From contig OZ024740.1 of the NCBI GenBank assembly GCA_964016885.1, forward strand, positions 35,030,001-35,094,000: a DNA stretch of 64,000 bases. Direction: 5' to 3'. The notes under the pieces are model-generated. The model saw only the letters and a program-made list of their open reading frames with translations, was not told the DNA's origin and searched no databases. The stretch is from Eledone cirrhosa. Lineage: Eukaryota. Shown piece after piece: positions 1 through 15,945 of the stretch. A program made the position numbers and the translations under genes. Position 1 is the first letter of the stretch, and each line of letters starts with the position of its first letter.

Positions 1-3000
1 TATATTGTGCATCTATTGTTATATATTGTTGTACACCTGTAGTTATATATTGTCGTACATATGTAGTTATATATTATCGTACAACTGTAGTTATATATTG
101 TACATCTGTACTTTTATATTGTACATCTCTAGTTATATATTGTTGTACATCTGTAGTTATATATTGTTGTTCTTGTATAGTTATATATTGTCGTACATCT
201 GTAGTTATATATTGTCGTACAACTGTAGTTATATATTGTACACCTGTAGTTAGATATTGTTGAACATCCATTGTTAAATATTGTCATACATCTGTAATTA
301 TATACTGTCGTACAACTGTAGTTATATATTGTTGAACATCCATTGTTAAATATTGTCATACATCTGTAATTATATACTGTCGTACAACTGTAATTATATA
401 TTGTTCATCTGTAGTTATATATTGTACATCTGTAGTTATATATTGTTGTACATCTGTAGTTATATATTGTACATCTGTAGTTATATATCGTTGTACATCT
501 GTAGTTTATATATTGTACATCTGTAGTTATATATTGTTGTACATCTGTAGTTTATATATTGTCGTACATCTGTAGTTATATATTATTGTACATCTGTAGT
601 TATATATTGTTGTACATCTGTAGTTATATATTGTCGAACATCTGTAGTTATATATTGTGCATCTATAGTTATATATTGTCGAACAACTGTAGTTATATAT
701 TGTTGTATATGTGTAGTTATATATTGTTGTAAAACTGTAGTTATATATTGTACATCTGTAGTTATATATTGTACATCCGTAATTAGATATTGTTGTACAT
801 CTGTAGTTATATATTGTCGTACATCTGTGGTCATATATTGTACATCTGTAGTTATATATTTTCGAACATCTATAGTTATATATTGTTGTACATGTTTATT
901 TATATATTGTTGTACAACTGTAGTTATATATTGTACATCTGTAGTTATATATTGTACATCTGTAGTTATATATTGTACACCTGTAGTTATATATTGTCGT
1001 ACAACTGTAGTTATATATTGTACATGTGTAGTTATATATTGTACATCTGTAGTTATATATTGTCGTACACCTGTAGTTATATATGGTCGTACAACTGTAG
1101 TTATATATTGTACAACTGTAGTTATATATTGTACACCTGTAGTTTGATATTGTTGTACATCTATTGTTAAATATTTTCATACATCTGTAGTTATATATTG
1201 TCGAACATCTGTAGTTATATATTGTTCATCTGCAGTTATATAATGTCGAACATCTGTAGTTATATATTGTTGTATATGTGTAGTTATATTTTGTTGTACA
1301 ACTGTAGTTATATATTGTCGAACATCTGTAGTTATATATTGTTCATCTGTAGTTATATAATGTCGAACATCTGTAGTTATATATTGTCGTACATCTGTAG
1401 TTATATATTATCGTACAACTGTAGTTATATATTGTTGTACATCTGTAGTTATTTATTTTTGTACATCTGTAGTTATATATTGTTGTTCATGTGTAGTTAT
1501 ATATTGTCCTACATCTGTAGTTATATATTGTCGTACATCTGTAGTTATATATTGTTGTACATCTGTAGTTATTTATTTTTGTACATCTGTTTTTATATAT
1601 TGTCGTATATCTGTGGTTATATATTGTACATCTGTAGTTATATATTTTCGAACATCTATAGTTATATATTGTTGTACAACTGTAGTTATATATTGTACAT
1701 CTGTAGTTATATATTGTCGTGCAACTCTAGTTATATATTGTACATCTGTAGTTATATATTGCACATCTGTAGTTATATATTGTACATCTGTAGTTATATA
1801 TCGTACATCTGTAGTTATATATTGTCGTACAACTGTAGTTATATATTGTTGTACATCTGTAGTTATATATTGTACATCTGTAGTTATATATTGTTGTACA
1901 TCTGTAGTTATATATTGTCGAACATCTGTAGTTATATATTGTCCATCTGTAGTTATAGATTGTCGAACATCTGTAGTTATATATTGTTGTATATGTGTAG
2001 TTATATATTGTTGTACAACTGTAGTTATATATTGTACATCCGTAGTTATATATTGTTGTACATCTGTAGTTATATATTGTCGTACATCTATAGTTATATA
2101 TTGTCGTACAACTATACTTATATATTGTACATCTGTTGTTATATATTGTTGTACACCTGTAGTTATATATTGTCGTACATCTGCAGTTATATATTATCGT
2201 ACAACTGTAGTTATATATTGTACATCTGTACTTTTATATTGTACATCTCTAGTTATATATTGTTGTACATCTGTAGTTATATATTGTTGTTCTTGCATAG
2301 TTATATATTGTCGTACATCTGTAGTTATATATTGTCGTACAACTGTAGTTATATATTGTACACCTGTAGTTATATATTGTACATCCGTAGTTATATATTG
2401 TTGTACATCTGTAGTTATATATTGTCGTACATCTATAGTTATATATTGTCGTACAACTATACTTATATATTGTACATCTGTTGTTATATATTGTTGTACA
2501 CCTGTAGTTATATATTGTCGTACATCTGTAGTTATATATTATCGTAACATCTGTAGTTATATTTTGTACATCTGCACTTTTATATTGTACATCTGTAGTT
2601 ATATATTGTTGTACATCTGTAGTTATATATTGTTGTTCATGTGTAGTTATATATTGTCGTACATCTGTAGTTATATATCGTCGTACATCTGTAGTTATAT
2701 ATTGTTCTACAGCTGTAGTTATATATTGTTGTACATCTGTAGTTATATATTGTACATCTGTAGTTATATATTGTTGTACATCTGTAGTTATATATTGTCG
2801 AACATCTGTAGTTATATATTGTGCATCTGTAGTTATAGATTGTCGAACATCTGTAGTTATATATTGTTGTATATGTGTAGTTATATATTGTTGTACAACT
2901 GTAGTTATATATTGTACATCCGTAGTTAAATATTGTTGTACATCTGTAGTTATATATTGTCGTACATCTATAGTTATATATTGTCGTACAACTATACTTA

Positions 3001-6000
3001 TATATTGTACATCTATTGTTATATATTGTTGTACACCTCTAGTTATATATTGTCGTACATATGTAGTTATATATTATCGTACAACTGTAGTTATATATTG
3101 TACATCTGTACTTTTATATTGTACATCTCTAGTTATATATTGTTGTACATCTGTAGTTATATATTGTTGTTCTTGTATAGTTATATATTGTCGTACATCT
3201 GTAGTTATATATTGTCGTACAACTGTAGTTATATATTGTACACCTGTAGTTAGATATTGTTGAACATCCATTGTTAAATATTGTCATACATCTGTAATTA
3301 TATACTGTCGTACAACTGTAGTTATATATTGTTGAACATCCATTGTTACATATTGTCATACATCTGTAATTATATACTGTCGTACAACTGTAATTATATA
3401 TTGTTCATCTGTAGTTATATATTGTACATCTGTAGTTATATATTGTTGTACATCTGTAGTTATATATTGTACATCTGTAGTTATATATCGTTGTACATCT
3501 GTAGTTTATATATTGTACATCTGTAGTTATATATTGTTGTACATCTGTAGTTTATATATTGTCGTACATCTGTAGTTATATATTATTGTACATCTGTAGT
3601 TATATATTGTTGTACATCTGTAGTTATATATTGTCGAACATCTGTTGTTATATATTGTGCATCTGTAGTTATATATTGTCGATCAACTGTAGTTATATAT
3701 TGTTGTATATGTGTAGTTATATATTGTTGTAAAACTGTAGTTATATATTGTACATCTGTAGTTATATATTGTACATCCGTAATTAGATATTGTTGTACAT
3801 CTGTAGTTATATATTGTCGTACATCTGTGGTCATATATTGTACATCTGTAGTTATATATTTTCGAACATCTATAGTTATATATTGTTGTACATGTTTATT
3901 TATATATTGTTGTACAACTGTAGTTATATATTGTACATCTGTAGTTATATATTGTACATCTGTAGTTATATATTGTACACCTGTAGTTATATATTGTCGT
4001 ACAACTGTAGTTATATATTGTACATGTGTAGTTATATATTGTACATCTGTAGTTATATATTGTCGTACACCTGTAGTTATATATGGTCGTACAACTGTAG
4101 TTATATATTGTACAACTGTAGTTATATATTGTACACCTGTAGTTTGATATTGTTGTACATCTATTGTTAAATATTTTCATACATCTGTAGTTATATATTG
4201 TCGAACATCTGTATTTATATATTGTTCATCTGCAGTTATATAATGTCGAACATCTGTAGTTATATATTGTTGTATATGTGTAGTTATATATTGTTGTACA
4301 ACTGTAGTTATATATTGTCGAACATCTGTAGTTATATATTGTTCATCTGTAGTTATATAATGTCGAACATCTGTAGTTATATATTGTCGTACATCTGTAG
4401 TTATATATTATCGTACAACTGTAGTTATATATTGTTGTACATCTGTAGTTATTTATTTTTGTACATCTGTAGTTATATATTGTTGTTCATGTGTAGTTAT
4501 ATATTGTCCTACATCTGTAGTTATATATTGTCGTACATCTGTAGTTATATATTGTTGTACATCTGTAGTTATTTATTTTTGTACATCTGTTTTTATATAT
4601 TGTCGTATATCTGTGGTTATATATTGTACATCTGTAGTTATATATTTTCGAACATCTATAGTTATATATTGTTGTACAACTGTAGTTATATATTGTACAT
4701 CTGTAGTTATATATTGTCGTGCAACTCTAGTTATATATTGTACATCTGTAGTTATATATTGTACATCTGTAGTTATATATTGTACATCTGTAGTTATATA
4801 TCGTACATCTGTAGTTATATATTGTCGTACAACTGTAGTTATATATTGTTGTACATCTGTAGTTATATATTGTACATCTGTAGTTATATATTGTTGTACA
4901 TCTGTAGTTATATATTGTCGAACATCTGTAGTTATATATTGTCCATCTGTAGTTATAGATTGTCGAACATCTGTAGTTATATATTGTTGTATATGTGTAG
5001 TTATATATTGTTGTACAACTGTAGTTATATATTGTACATCCGTAGTTATATATTGTTGTACATCTGTAGTTATATATTGTCGTACATCTATAGTTATATA
5101 TTGTCGTACAACTATACTTATATATTGTACATCTGTTGTTATATATTGTTGTACACCTGTAGTTATATATTGTCGTACATCTGCAGTTATATATTATCGT
5201 ACAACTGTAGTTATATATTGTACATCTGTACTTTTATATTGTACATCTCTAGTTATATATTGTTGTACATCTGTAGTTATATATTGTTGTTCTTGCATAG
5301 TTATATATTGTCGTACATCTGTAGTTATATATTGTCGTACAACTGTAGTTATATATTGTACACCTGTAGTTATATATTGTACATCCGTAGTTATATATTG
5401 TTGTACATCTGTAGTTATATATTGTCGTACATCTATAGTTATATATTGTCGTACAACTATACTTATATATTGTACATCTGTTGTTATATATTGTTGTACA
5501 CCTGTAGTTATATATTGTCGTACATCTGTAGTTATATATTATCGTAACATCTGTAGTTATATTTTGTACATCTGCACTTTTATATTGTACATCTGTAGTT
5601 ATATATTGTTGTACATCTGTAGTTATATATTGTTGTTCATGTGTAGTTATATATTGTCGTACATCTGTAGTTATATATCGTCGTACATCTGTAGTTATAT
5701 ATTGTTCTACAGCTGTAGTTATATATTGTTGTACATCTGTAGTTATATATTGTACATCTGTAGTTATATATTGTTGTACATCTGTAGTTATATATTGTCG
5801 AACATCTGTAGTTATATATTGTGCATCTGTAGTTATAGATTGTCGAACATCTGTAGTTATATATTGTTGTATATGTGTAGTTATATATTGTTGTACAACT
5901 GTAGTTATATATTGTACATCCGTAGTTAAATATTGTTGTACATCTGTACTTATATATTGTCGTACATCTATAGTTATATATTGTCGTACAACTATACTTA

Positions 6001-9000
6001 TATATTGTACATCTATTGTTATATATTGTTGTACACCTCTAGTTATATATTGTCGTACATATGTAGTTATATATTATCGTACAACTGTAGTTATATATTG
6101 TACATCTGTACTTTTATATTGTACATCTCTAGTTATATATTGTTGTACATCTGTAGTTATATATTGTTGTTCTTGTATAGTTATATATTGTCGTACATCT
6201 GTAGTTATATATTGTCGTACAACTGTAGTTATATATTGTACACCTGTAGTTAGATATTGTTGAACATCCATTGTTAAATATTGTCATACATCTGTAATTA
6301 TATACTGTCGTACAACTGTAGTTATATATTGTTGAACATCCATTGTTACATATTGTCATACATCTGTAATTATATACTGTCGTACAACTGTAATTATATA
6401 TTGTTCATCTGTAGTTATATATTGTACATCTGTAGTTATATATTGTTGTACATCTGTAGTTATATATTGTACATCTGTAGTTATATATCGTTGTACATCT
6501 GTAGTTTATATATTGTACATCTGTAGTTATATATTGTTGTACATCTGTAGTTTATATATTGTCGTACATCTGTAGTTATATATTATTGTACATCTGTAGT
6601 TATATATTGTTGTACATCTGTAGTTATATATTGTCGAACATCTGTTGTTATATATTGTTGTAAAACTGTAGTTATATATTGTACATCTGTAGTTATATAT
6701 TGTACATCCGTAATTAGATATTGTTGTACATCTGTAGTTATATATTGTCGTACATCTGTGGTCATATATTGTACATCTGTAGTTATATATTTTCGAACAT
6801 CTATAGTTATATATTGTTGTACATGTTTATTTATATATTGTTGTACAACTGTAGTTATATATTGTACATCTGTAGTTATATATTGTACATCTGTAGTTAT
6901 ATATTGTACACCTGTAGTTATATATTGTCGTACAACTGTAGTTATATATTGTACATGTGTAGTTATATATTGTACATCTGTAGTTATATATTGTCGTACA
7001 CCTGTAGTTATATATGGTCGTACAACTGTAGTTATATATTGTACAACTGTAGTTATATATTGTACACCTGTAGTTTGATATTGTTGTACATCTATTGTTA
7101 AATATTTTCATACATCTGTAGTTATATATTGTCGAACATCTGTATTTATATATTGTTCATCTGCAGTTATATAATGTCGAACATCTGTAGTTATATATTG
7201 TTGTATATGTGTAGTTATATATTGTTGTACAACTGTAGTTATATATTGTCGAACATCTGTAGTTATATATTGTTCATCTGTAGTTATATAATGTCGAACA
7301 TCTGTAGTTATATATTGTCGTACATCTGTAGTTATATATTATCGTACAACTGTAGTTATATATTGTTGTACATCTGTAGTTATTTATTTTTGTACATCTG
7401 TAGTTATATATTGTTGTTCATGTGTAGTTATATATTGTCCTACATCTGTAGTTATATATTGTCGTACATCTGTAGTTATATATTGTTGTACATCTGTAGT
7501 TATTTATTTTTGTACATCTGTTTTTATATATTGTCGTATATCTGTGGTTATATATTGTACATCTGTAGTTATATATTTTCGAACATCTATAGTTATATAT
7601 TGTTGTACAACTGTAGTTATATATTGTACATCTGTAGTTATATATTGTCGTGCAACTCTAGTTATATATTGTACATCTGTAGTTATATATTGTACATCTG
7701 TAGTTATATATTGTACATCTGTAGTTATATATCGTACAACTGTAGTTATATATTGTCGTACAACTGTAGTTATATATTGTTGTACATCTGTAGTTATATA
7801 TTGTCGAACATCTGTAGTTATATATTGTTGTACATCTGTAGTTATATATTGTCGAACATCTGTAGTTATATATTGTCCATCTGTAGTTATAGATTGTCGA
7901 ACATCTGTAGTTATATATTGTTGTATATGTGTAGTTATATATTGTTGTACAACTGTAGTTATATATTGTACATCCGTAGTTATATATTGTTGTACATCTG
8001 TAGTTATATATTGTCGTACATCTATAGTTATATATTGTCGTACAACTATACTTATATATTGTACATCTGTTATTATATATTGTTGTACACCTGTAGTTAT
8101 ATATTGTCGTACATCTGCAGTTATATATTATCGTACAACTGTAGTTATATATTGTACATCTGTACTTTTATATTGTACATCTCTAGTTATATATTGTTGT
8201 ACATCTGTAGTTATATATTGTTGTTCTTGCATAGTTATATATTGTCGTACATCTGTAGTTATATATTGTCGTACAACTGTAGTTATATATTGTACACCTG
8301 TAGTTAGATATTGTTGAACATCCATTGTTAAATATTGTCATACATCTGTAATTATATACTGTCGTACAACTGTAGATATATATTGTTGAACATCCATTGT
8401 TAAATAGTGTCATACATCTGTAATTATATACTGTCGTACAACTGTAATTATATATTGTTCATCTGTAGTTATATATTGTACATCTGTAGTTATACATTGT
8501 TGTACATCTGTAGTTATATATTGTACATCTGTAGTTATATATCGTTGTACATCTGTAGTTTATATATTGTACATCTGTAGTTATATATTGTTGTACATCT
8601 GTAGTTTATATATTGTCGTACATCTGTAGTTATATATTATTGTACATCTGTAGTTATATATTGTTGTACATCTGTAGTTATATATTGTCGAACATCTGTA
8701 GTTATATATTGTGCATCTGTAGTTATATATTGTCGAACAACTGTAGTTATATATTGTTGTATATGTGTAGTTATATATTGTTGTAAAACTGTAGTTATAT
8801 ATTGTACATCTGTAGTTATATATTGTACATCCGTAATTAGATATTGTTGTACATCTGTAGTTATATATTGTCGTACATCTATAGTTATATATTGTCGTAA
8901 AACTATACTCATATATTGTACATCTGTAGTTATATATTGTTGTACACCTTTAGTTATATATTGTCGTACATCTGTAGTTATATATTATCGTACAACTGTA

Positions 9001-12000
9001 GTTATATATTGTACATCTGTAGTTTTTTATTGTGCACCTGTAGTTATATATTGTTGTACATCTTTAGTTATATATTGTTGTTCATGTGTAGTTATATATT
9101 GTCGTACATCTGTAGTTCTATATTGTCGTACATCTGTAGTTATATATTGTTGTACATCTGTAGTTATTTATTTTTGTACATCTGTAGTTATATATTGTCG
9201 TACATCTGTGGGTATATATTGTACATCTGTAGTTATATATTGTACACCTGTAGTTATATATTGTCTTACAACTGTAGTTATATATTGTACATCTGTAGTT
9301 ATATATTGTTGTACATATGTAGTTATATATTGTCGTACGTCTGTAGTTATATATTGTACATCTGTAGTTACATATTGTCGTACATCTGTAGTTATATATT
9401 GTACATCTGTATTTATATATATTGTACATCTGTAGTTATATATTGTCGTAGATCTGTAGTTATATATGGTCGTACAACTGTAGTTATATATTGTACAACT
9501 GTAGTTATATATTGTACACTTTTAGTTAGATATTATTGTACATCTATAGATAAATATTGTTGTACATCTATTGTTAAATATTGTCATACATCTGAAGTTA
9601 TATATTGTCGTACAACTGTAGTTATATATTGTTCATCTGTAGTTATATATTGTACATCTGTAGTTATATATTGTTGTACATCTGTAGTTATATATTGTAC
9701 ATCTGTAGTTATATATTGTTGTACATCTGTAGTTATATATTGTGCATCTGTAGTTATATATTGTCGAACATCTGTAGTTATATATTGTTGTATATGTGTA
9801 GTTATATAGTGTTGTACAACTGTAGTTATATATTGTAAATCTGTAGTTATATATTGTACATCCGTAGTTATATATTGTTCTACATCTGTAGTTATATATT
9901 GTCGTACATCTATAGTTATATATTGTCGTGCAACTATACTTATATATTGTACATCTGTTGTTATATATTGTTGTACACCTGTAGTTATATATTGTCGTAC
10001 ATCTGTAGTTATATATTATCGTAACATCTGTAGTTATATTTTGTACATCTGTACTTTTATATTGTACATCTGTAGTAATATATTGTTGTACATCTGTAGT
10101 TATATATTGTTGTTCATGTGTAGTTATATATCGTCGTACATCTGTAGTTATATATCGTTCTACATCTGTAGTTATTTATTTTTGTACATCTGTAGTTATA
10201 TATTGTCGTACATCTGTGGTTATATATTGTACATCTGTAGTTATATATTTTCGAACATCTATAGTTACATATTGTTGTACATGTGTATTTATATATTGTC
10301 GTACAACTGTAGTTATATATTGTACATCTGTAGTTATATATTGTACATCTGTAGTTATATATTGTACACCTGTAGTTATATATTGTCGTACATCTGTAGT
10401 TATATATGGTCGTACATCTGTAGTTATATATCGTACAACTGTAGTTATATATTGTACACCTGTAGTTTGATATTATTGTACATCTATTGTTAAATATTGT
10501 CATACATCTGTAGTTATATATTGTCGAACATCTGTAGTTATATATTGTTCATCTGCAGTTATATAATGTCGAACATCTGTAGTTATATATTGTTGTATAT
10601 GTGTAGTTATATATTGTTGTACAACTGTAGTTATATATTGTCGAACATCTGTAGTTATATATTGTTCATCTGTAGTTATATAATGTCGAACATCTGTAGT
10701 TATATATTGTCGTACATCTGTAGTTATATATTATTGTACAACTGTAGTTATATATTGTACATCTGTAGTTATATATTGTTGTACATCTGTAGTTATATAT
10801 TGTTGTATATCTGTAGTTATATATTGTTGTTCATGTGTAGTTATATATTGTCGTACATCTGTAGTTATATATTGTCGTACATCTGTAGTTATATATTGTT
10901 GTACATCTGTAGTTATTTATTTTTGTACATCTGTAGTTATATATTGTCGTATATCTGTGGTTATATATTGTACATCTGTAGTTATATATTTTCGAACATC
11001 TATAGTTATATATTGTTGTACATGTGTAATTATATATTGTTGTACAACTGTAGTTATATATTCTACATCTGTAGTCATATATTGTCGTGCAACTCTAGTT
11101 ATATATTGTACATCTGTAGTTATATATTGTACATCTGTAGTTATATATTGTACATCTGTAGTTATATATCGTACATCTGTAGTTATATATTGTACATCTG
11201 TAGTTATATATCGTACATCTGTAGTTATATATTGTTGTACAGCTGTAGTTATATATTGTCGTACATCTGTAGTTATATATTGTACATCTGTAGTTATATA
11301 TTCTCGTACATCTGTAGTCATATATTGTCGTACATCTGTAGTTATATATTGTACATCTGTAGTTATATATTGTTGTACATCTGTAGTTATATACCTTACA
11401 TCTGTAGTTATATATTGTTGTATATCTGTAGTTATATATTTTAAATCTGTAGTTATACATTGTCGAACATCTGTAGTTATATATTGTACATCTGTAGTTA
11501 CATATTGTCGTACAGCTGTAGTTATATATTGTTGTACATCTGTAGTTATTTATTTTTGTACATCTGTAGTTATATATTGTCGTACATCTGTGGTTATATA
11601 TTGTACATCTGTAGTTATATGTTTTCGAACATCTATAGTTATATATTGTTGTACATGTGTAATTATATATTGTTGTTCAACTGTAGTTATATATTGTACA
11701 TCTGTAGTTATATATTGTACACCTGTAGTTATATATTGTCGTACAACTCCAGTTATATATTGTACATCTGTAGTTATATATTGTACATCTGTAGTTATAT
11801 ATTGTACATCTGTATTTATATATATTGTACATCTGTAGTTATAAATGGTCGTACAACTGTAGTTATATATTGTACAACTGTAGTTATATATTGTACACCT
11901 GTAGTTAGATATTGTTGTACATATATTGTTAAATATTGTCATACATCTGTAGTTATATATTGTCGAACATCTGTAGTTATATATTGTTCATCTGTAGTTA

Positions 12001-14310
12001 TATATTGTCGAACATCTGTAGTTATATATTGTTGTATATGTGTAGTTATATATTGTTGTCAACTGTAGTTATATATTGTACATCTGTAGTTATATATTGT
12101 ACATCCGTAGTTAGATATTGTTGTACATTTGTAGTTATATATTGTCGTACATCTATAGTTATATATTGTTGTACAACTATACTTATATATTGTACATCTG
12201 TTGTTATATATTGTTGTACACCTGTAGTTATATATTGTCGTACATCTGTAGTTATATATTATGGTACAACTGTAGATATATATTGTACATCTGTAGTTAT
12301 ATATTGTTGTACATCTGTAGTTATATATTGTTGTACATCTGTAGTTATATATTATTGTTCATGTGTAGTTATATATTGTCGTACATATGTAGTTATATAT
12401 TGTTGTACATCTGTAGTTATTTATTTTTGTACATCTGTAGTTATATATTGTCGTATATCTGTGGTTATATATTGTACATCTGTAGTTATATATTTTCGAA
12501 CATCTATAGTTATATATTGTTGTACATGTGTAATTATATATTCTTGTACAACTGTAGTTATATATTGTACATCTGTAGTTATATATTGTCGTACAACTGT
12601 AGTTATATATTGTACATCTGTAGTTATATATCGTACATCTGTAGTTATATATTGTCGTACAACTGTAGTTATATATTGTACAGCTGTAGTTATATATTGT
12701 CGTACATCTGCAGTTATATATTGTACATCTGTAGTTATATATTCTCGTACATCTGTAGTCATATATTGTCGTACATCTGTAGTTATATATTGTACATCTG
12801 TAGTTATATATTGTTGTACATCTGTAGTTATATACCTTACATCTGTAGTTATATATTGTTGTACATCTGTAGTTATACATTGTCGAACATCTGTAGTTAT
12901 ATATTGTACATCTGTAGTTACATATTGTCGTACATCTGTAGTTATATATTGTACATCTGTATTTATATATATTGTACATCTATAGTTATATATTGTCGTA
13001 CATCTGTAGTTATATATGGTCGTACAACTGTAGTTATATATTGTACAACTGTAGTTATATATTGTACACCTGTAGATAGATATTGTACATCTATAGTTAA
13101 ATATTGTTGTACATCTATTGTTAAATATTGTCAGACATCTGTAGTTATATATTGTCGTACAACTGTAGTTATATATTGTACATCTGTAGTTATATATTGG
13201 TGTGCATCTGTAGTTATATATTGTCGTACATCTGTAGTTATATATTACTGTACATCTGTAGTTATATATTGTCGTACATCTGTAGTTATATATTGTCATA
13301 CATCTATAGTTATATATTGTCGTACAACTATACTTTTATATTGTACATCTGTTGTTATATATTGTTGTACACCTGTAGTTATATATTGTCGTACATCTGT
13401 AGTTATATATTATCGTACAACTGTAGTTATATATTGTACATCTGTAGTTTTATATTGTACATCTGTAGTTATATATTGTTGTACATCACTAATTATATAT
13501 TGTTGTTCACGTGTAGTTATATATTGTCGTACATCTGTAGTTATATATTGTCGTACATCTGTAGTTATATATTGTTGTACATCTGTAGTTATTTATTTTT
13601 GTACATCTGTAGTTATATTTTGTACATTTGTAGTTATATATTTTCGAACATCTATAGTTATATATTGTTTTACATGTGTAATTATATATTGTTGTACAAC
13701 TGTAGTTATATATTGTACATCTGTAGTTATATATTGTACATCTGTAGTTATATATTGTACACCTGTAGTTATATATTGTCGTACAACTGTAGTTATATAT
13801 TGTACATCTGTAGTTATATATTGTACATCTGTAGTTATATATTGTACATCTGTAGTTAAATATCGTACATCTGTAGTTATATATTGTCGTACAACTGTAG
13901 TTATATATTGTACAGCTGTAGTTATATATTGTCGAACATCTGTAATTATATATTGTACATCTGTAGTTATATATTCTCGTACATCTATAGGCATATATTG
14001 TCTTACATCTGTAGTGATATATTGTACATCTGTAGTTATATATAGTTGTACATCTGTAGTTATATATTGTTTTACATCTGTAGTTATATTTGTACAACTG
14101 TAGTTATATATTGTCGAACATCTGTCGTTATGTATTGTCGAACATCTGTAGTTATATATTGTTGTACATCCGTATTTATATAGTTTTGTTCGTCAGTAAT
14201 TATGTGGCCTTTTTCGTCTGTAGTTATACGTTGTTGTTATATGTTGTACATCTGTAGTTATATATTGTTGTAGATTGGTAGTTATATAGTCTTGTTCATC
14301 TGTAATTATA
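1..14310. repeat. Satellite array of 21/24-bp (occasionally 18-bp) monomers ATCTGTAGTTATATATTG(TYG)TAC with a ~3-kb higher-order repeat; probably intronic in the ABCB gene
   Basis: Continuous tandem monomers from base 1. ORF-track coordinates recur at exactly +3000 (74..271/3074..3271/6074..6271; 1198..2547/4198..5547). The array degenerates at about 14100-14350. Confidence 0.97.
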
Positions 14311-14836
14311 TGTAGATGTATGGTCTCCTTCATGGTCTTGTTCATCTGTATTTTTCTCTTTCTTAAAAAAATATGTTTTATGTTTGATGTTTCTGCGTTG
14401 GGTGGTTTAATTTTGCAACATTAAAAAATGTTTCTGTCATAAATTTATTTTATAGTTATCTCAATTTAGCTACATGAGTTCCTACTCCATTCTATTTCTT
14501 AATGCAGTACTAATATTATCAGTGAGTTGTTTCTCTCTTAACTTTACCTTCGAATGAAATGCAATAGACTCTACTCCATCTCTTATATGATAACATTTAA
14601 ATAGATTCTTAATAGCAACATTAAAGGCAATTAATAGAAAAAAAAATGTTTTTCAAAGACTATATGAAAAGTGTTATCTGCTGAATAAGACGGTAAAATA
14701 TGTTAGATACACTGAAAGTTAATAACTCCATTAATATATAAAAAATGGTTATAGGTGAAGTACTACAAGGATGACTGTAGCAATTAACCTGTAATCAAAT
14801 TCATTTTAGAGTTGTATTCTTCATTATTTATCTCTA

Positions 14837-15316
14837 CTAGTAGAAAAACCACCCTTCGTGTGGTTTTCCTCTAGCATGTGTAGTGTGCATATTGATATTA
14901 TACGCAAGTATATATGCATGTAGATATGATACACCAAATAAAATCGTAATTGAGAATATACACAGAAATTGAACGAAGATTGTGTTTCACTGTCTTATGC
15001 AATCAGTAACGTAACATTTAAAAAATGACGATATTATATATAAACTGCATTAGGAGAAAATTAGTGACGGAAATATATGAATGTTTATTTAAGCGATCGC
15101 TAACCGGAAGTGTTGACATTTGAACATTTTAAAGAAGTGAATCTTAAAATAAGCAACAAAATTATTTATATTTAATCAAGAATAACGAAATTTAGTAGAC
15201 AAATTATGTAATATTCATTCATTATTTATTCAAAGTAATCCAACTTATTTTACAAACGGGACAAAAAAATATATTCTGGACGCAGTTCTGCACTCCTTAC
15301 TTTATTATAGTTTAGA
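14837..15316 (-). mobile_element. Non-autonomous Helitron-like element (~480 bp)
   Basis: The minus strand starts A|TCTAAACTATAATAAA and ends with hairpin AAAACCAC-acgaagg-GTGGTTTT followed by TCTACTAG|T. This gives 5'-TC, 3'-CTAG, a subterminal hairpin, an A|T insertion site and no TSD. Confidence 0.7.
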
Positions 15317-15386
15317 TTCAAGAAATTGCTTGAATTGAATTTATATTCAAAAGTATCACATTTATCTATCATTAAAATATTTCCAG

Positions 15387-15558
15387 GTATGAAAAAAATT
15401 TAATTTTAGCAAAGAAAGCAGGTATAAAAAAAGACTTTGCTACTGGTTTAGCAACTGGATTCTTTTGGTTCTCTATATTTGGTTACTATGCATTAGGATT
15501 TTGGTATGCAGCGAAAATCATTCGTGAAGACGGTTATAACATATCTGATGTACTCATT
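15387..15558 (+). CDS. ABCB1: ABCB1/P-glycoprotein-like exon (TM5 region; 172 bp)
   Basis: ttccag| ... |gtaagt. Translates (R)YEKNLILAKKAGIKKDFATGLATGFFWFSIFGYYALGFWYAAKIIREDGYNISDVLI, matching P-gp RYNKNLEEAKRIGIKK...YALAFWYG. Confidence 0.95.
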
Positions 15559-15609
15559 GTAAGTAATATTTTGTTTTATTCTATTTTGGCTGAGGAATGT
15601 CTATTTTGG

Positions 15610-15945
15610 CTGTGGAATGTCAAATATATTACCAGTAATGTCTTCAGATATAATATCAAAAAATATGAAACAGTCGGAAACTGCAGGGAGGTCAGTTATA
15701 CATATATATAGGACAGCGGATGTGCCATTACGCAAAAGAATGACCATCCATCACCAACAAATCTGAGACGTAAACACAAGGAAAATCCTCTTAAGTAGCC
15801 ACATTGCAGATTGTGCAGGAAACTCTACCCAACTCTAAAATCTTCCCTCTTTACAAGTGCTCCGATTCTTTCATTCAAAAACAAAGAATAAATAAAGAAA
15901 AAACTATTTATTAACCAATTTAAACCAAAATTGAATATGTGATCA
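15610..15945 (+). mobile_element. Decayed 3' fragment of a Penelope-like element (GIY-YIG C-terminus)
   Basis: Frameshifted translation ...PLRKRMTIHHQQI*DVNTRKILLSSHIADCAG...KIFPLYKC...KEKLFINQFKPKLN resembles the R-x3-H...H...E-x2-FI...P-x-LN end of PLE GIY-YIG domains. Confidence 0.6.

Noticed and set aside
5-14103. Long Cys/Tyr/Ile-rich ORFs (up to 661 aa) in several frames
   Set aside because: Translations of a 21/24-bp satellite; open on both strands and in several frames, with no real start context or domain.
1-14310. CRISPR-like repeat array
   Set aside because: No unique spacers; contiguous tandem monomers in a spliced eukaryotic gene context; no cas genes.
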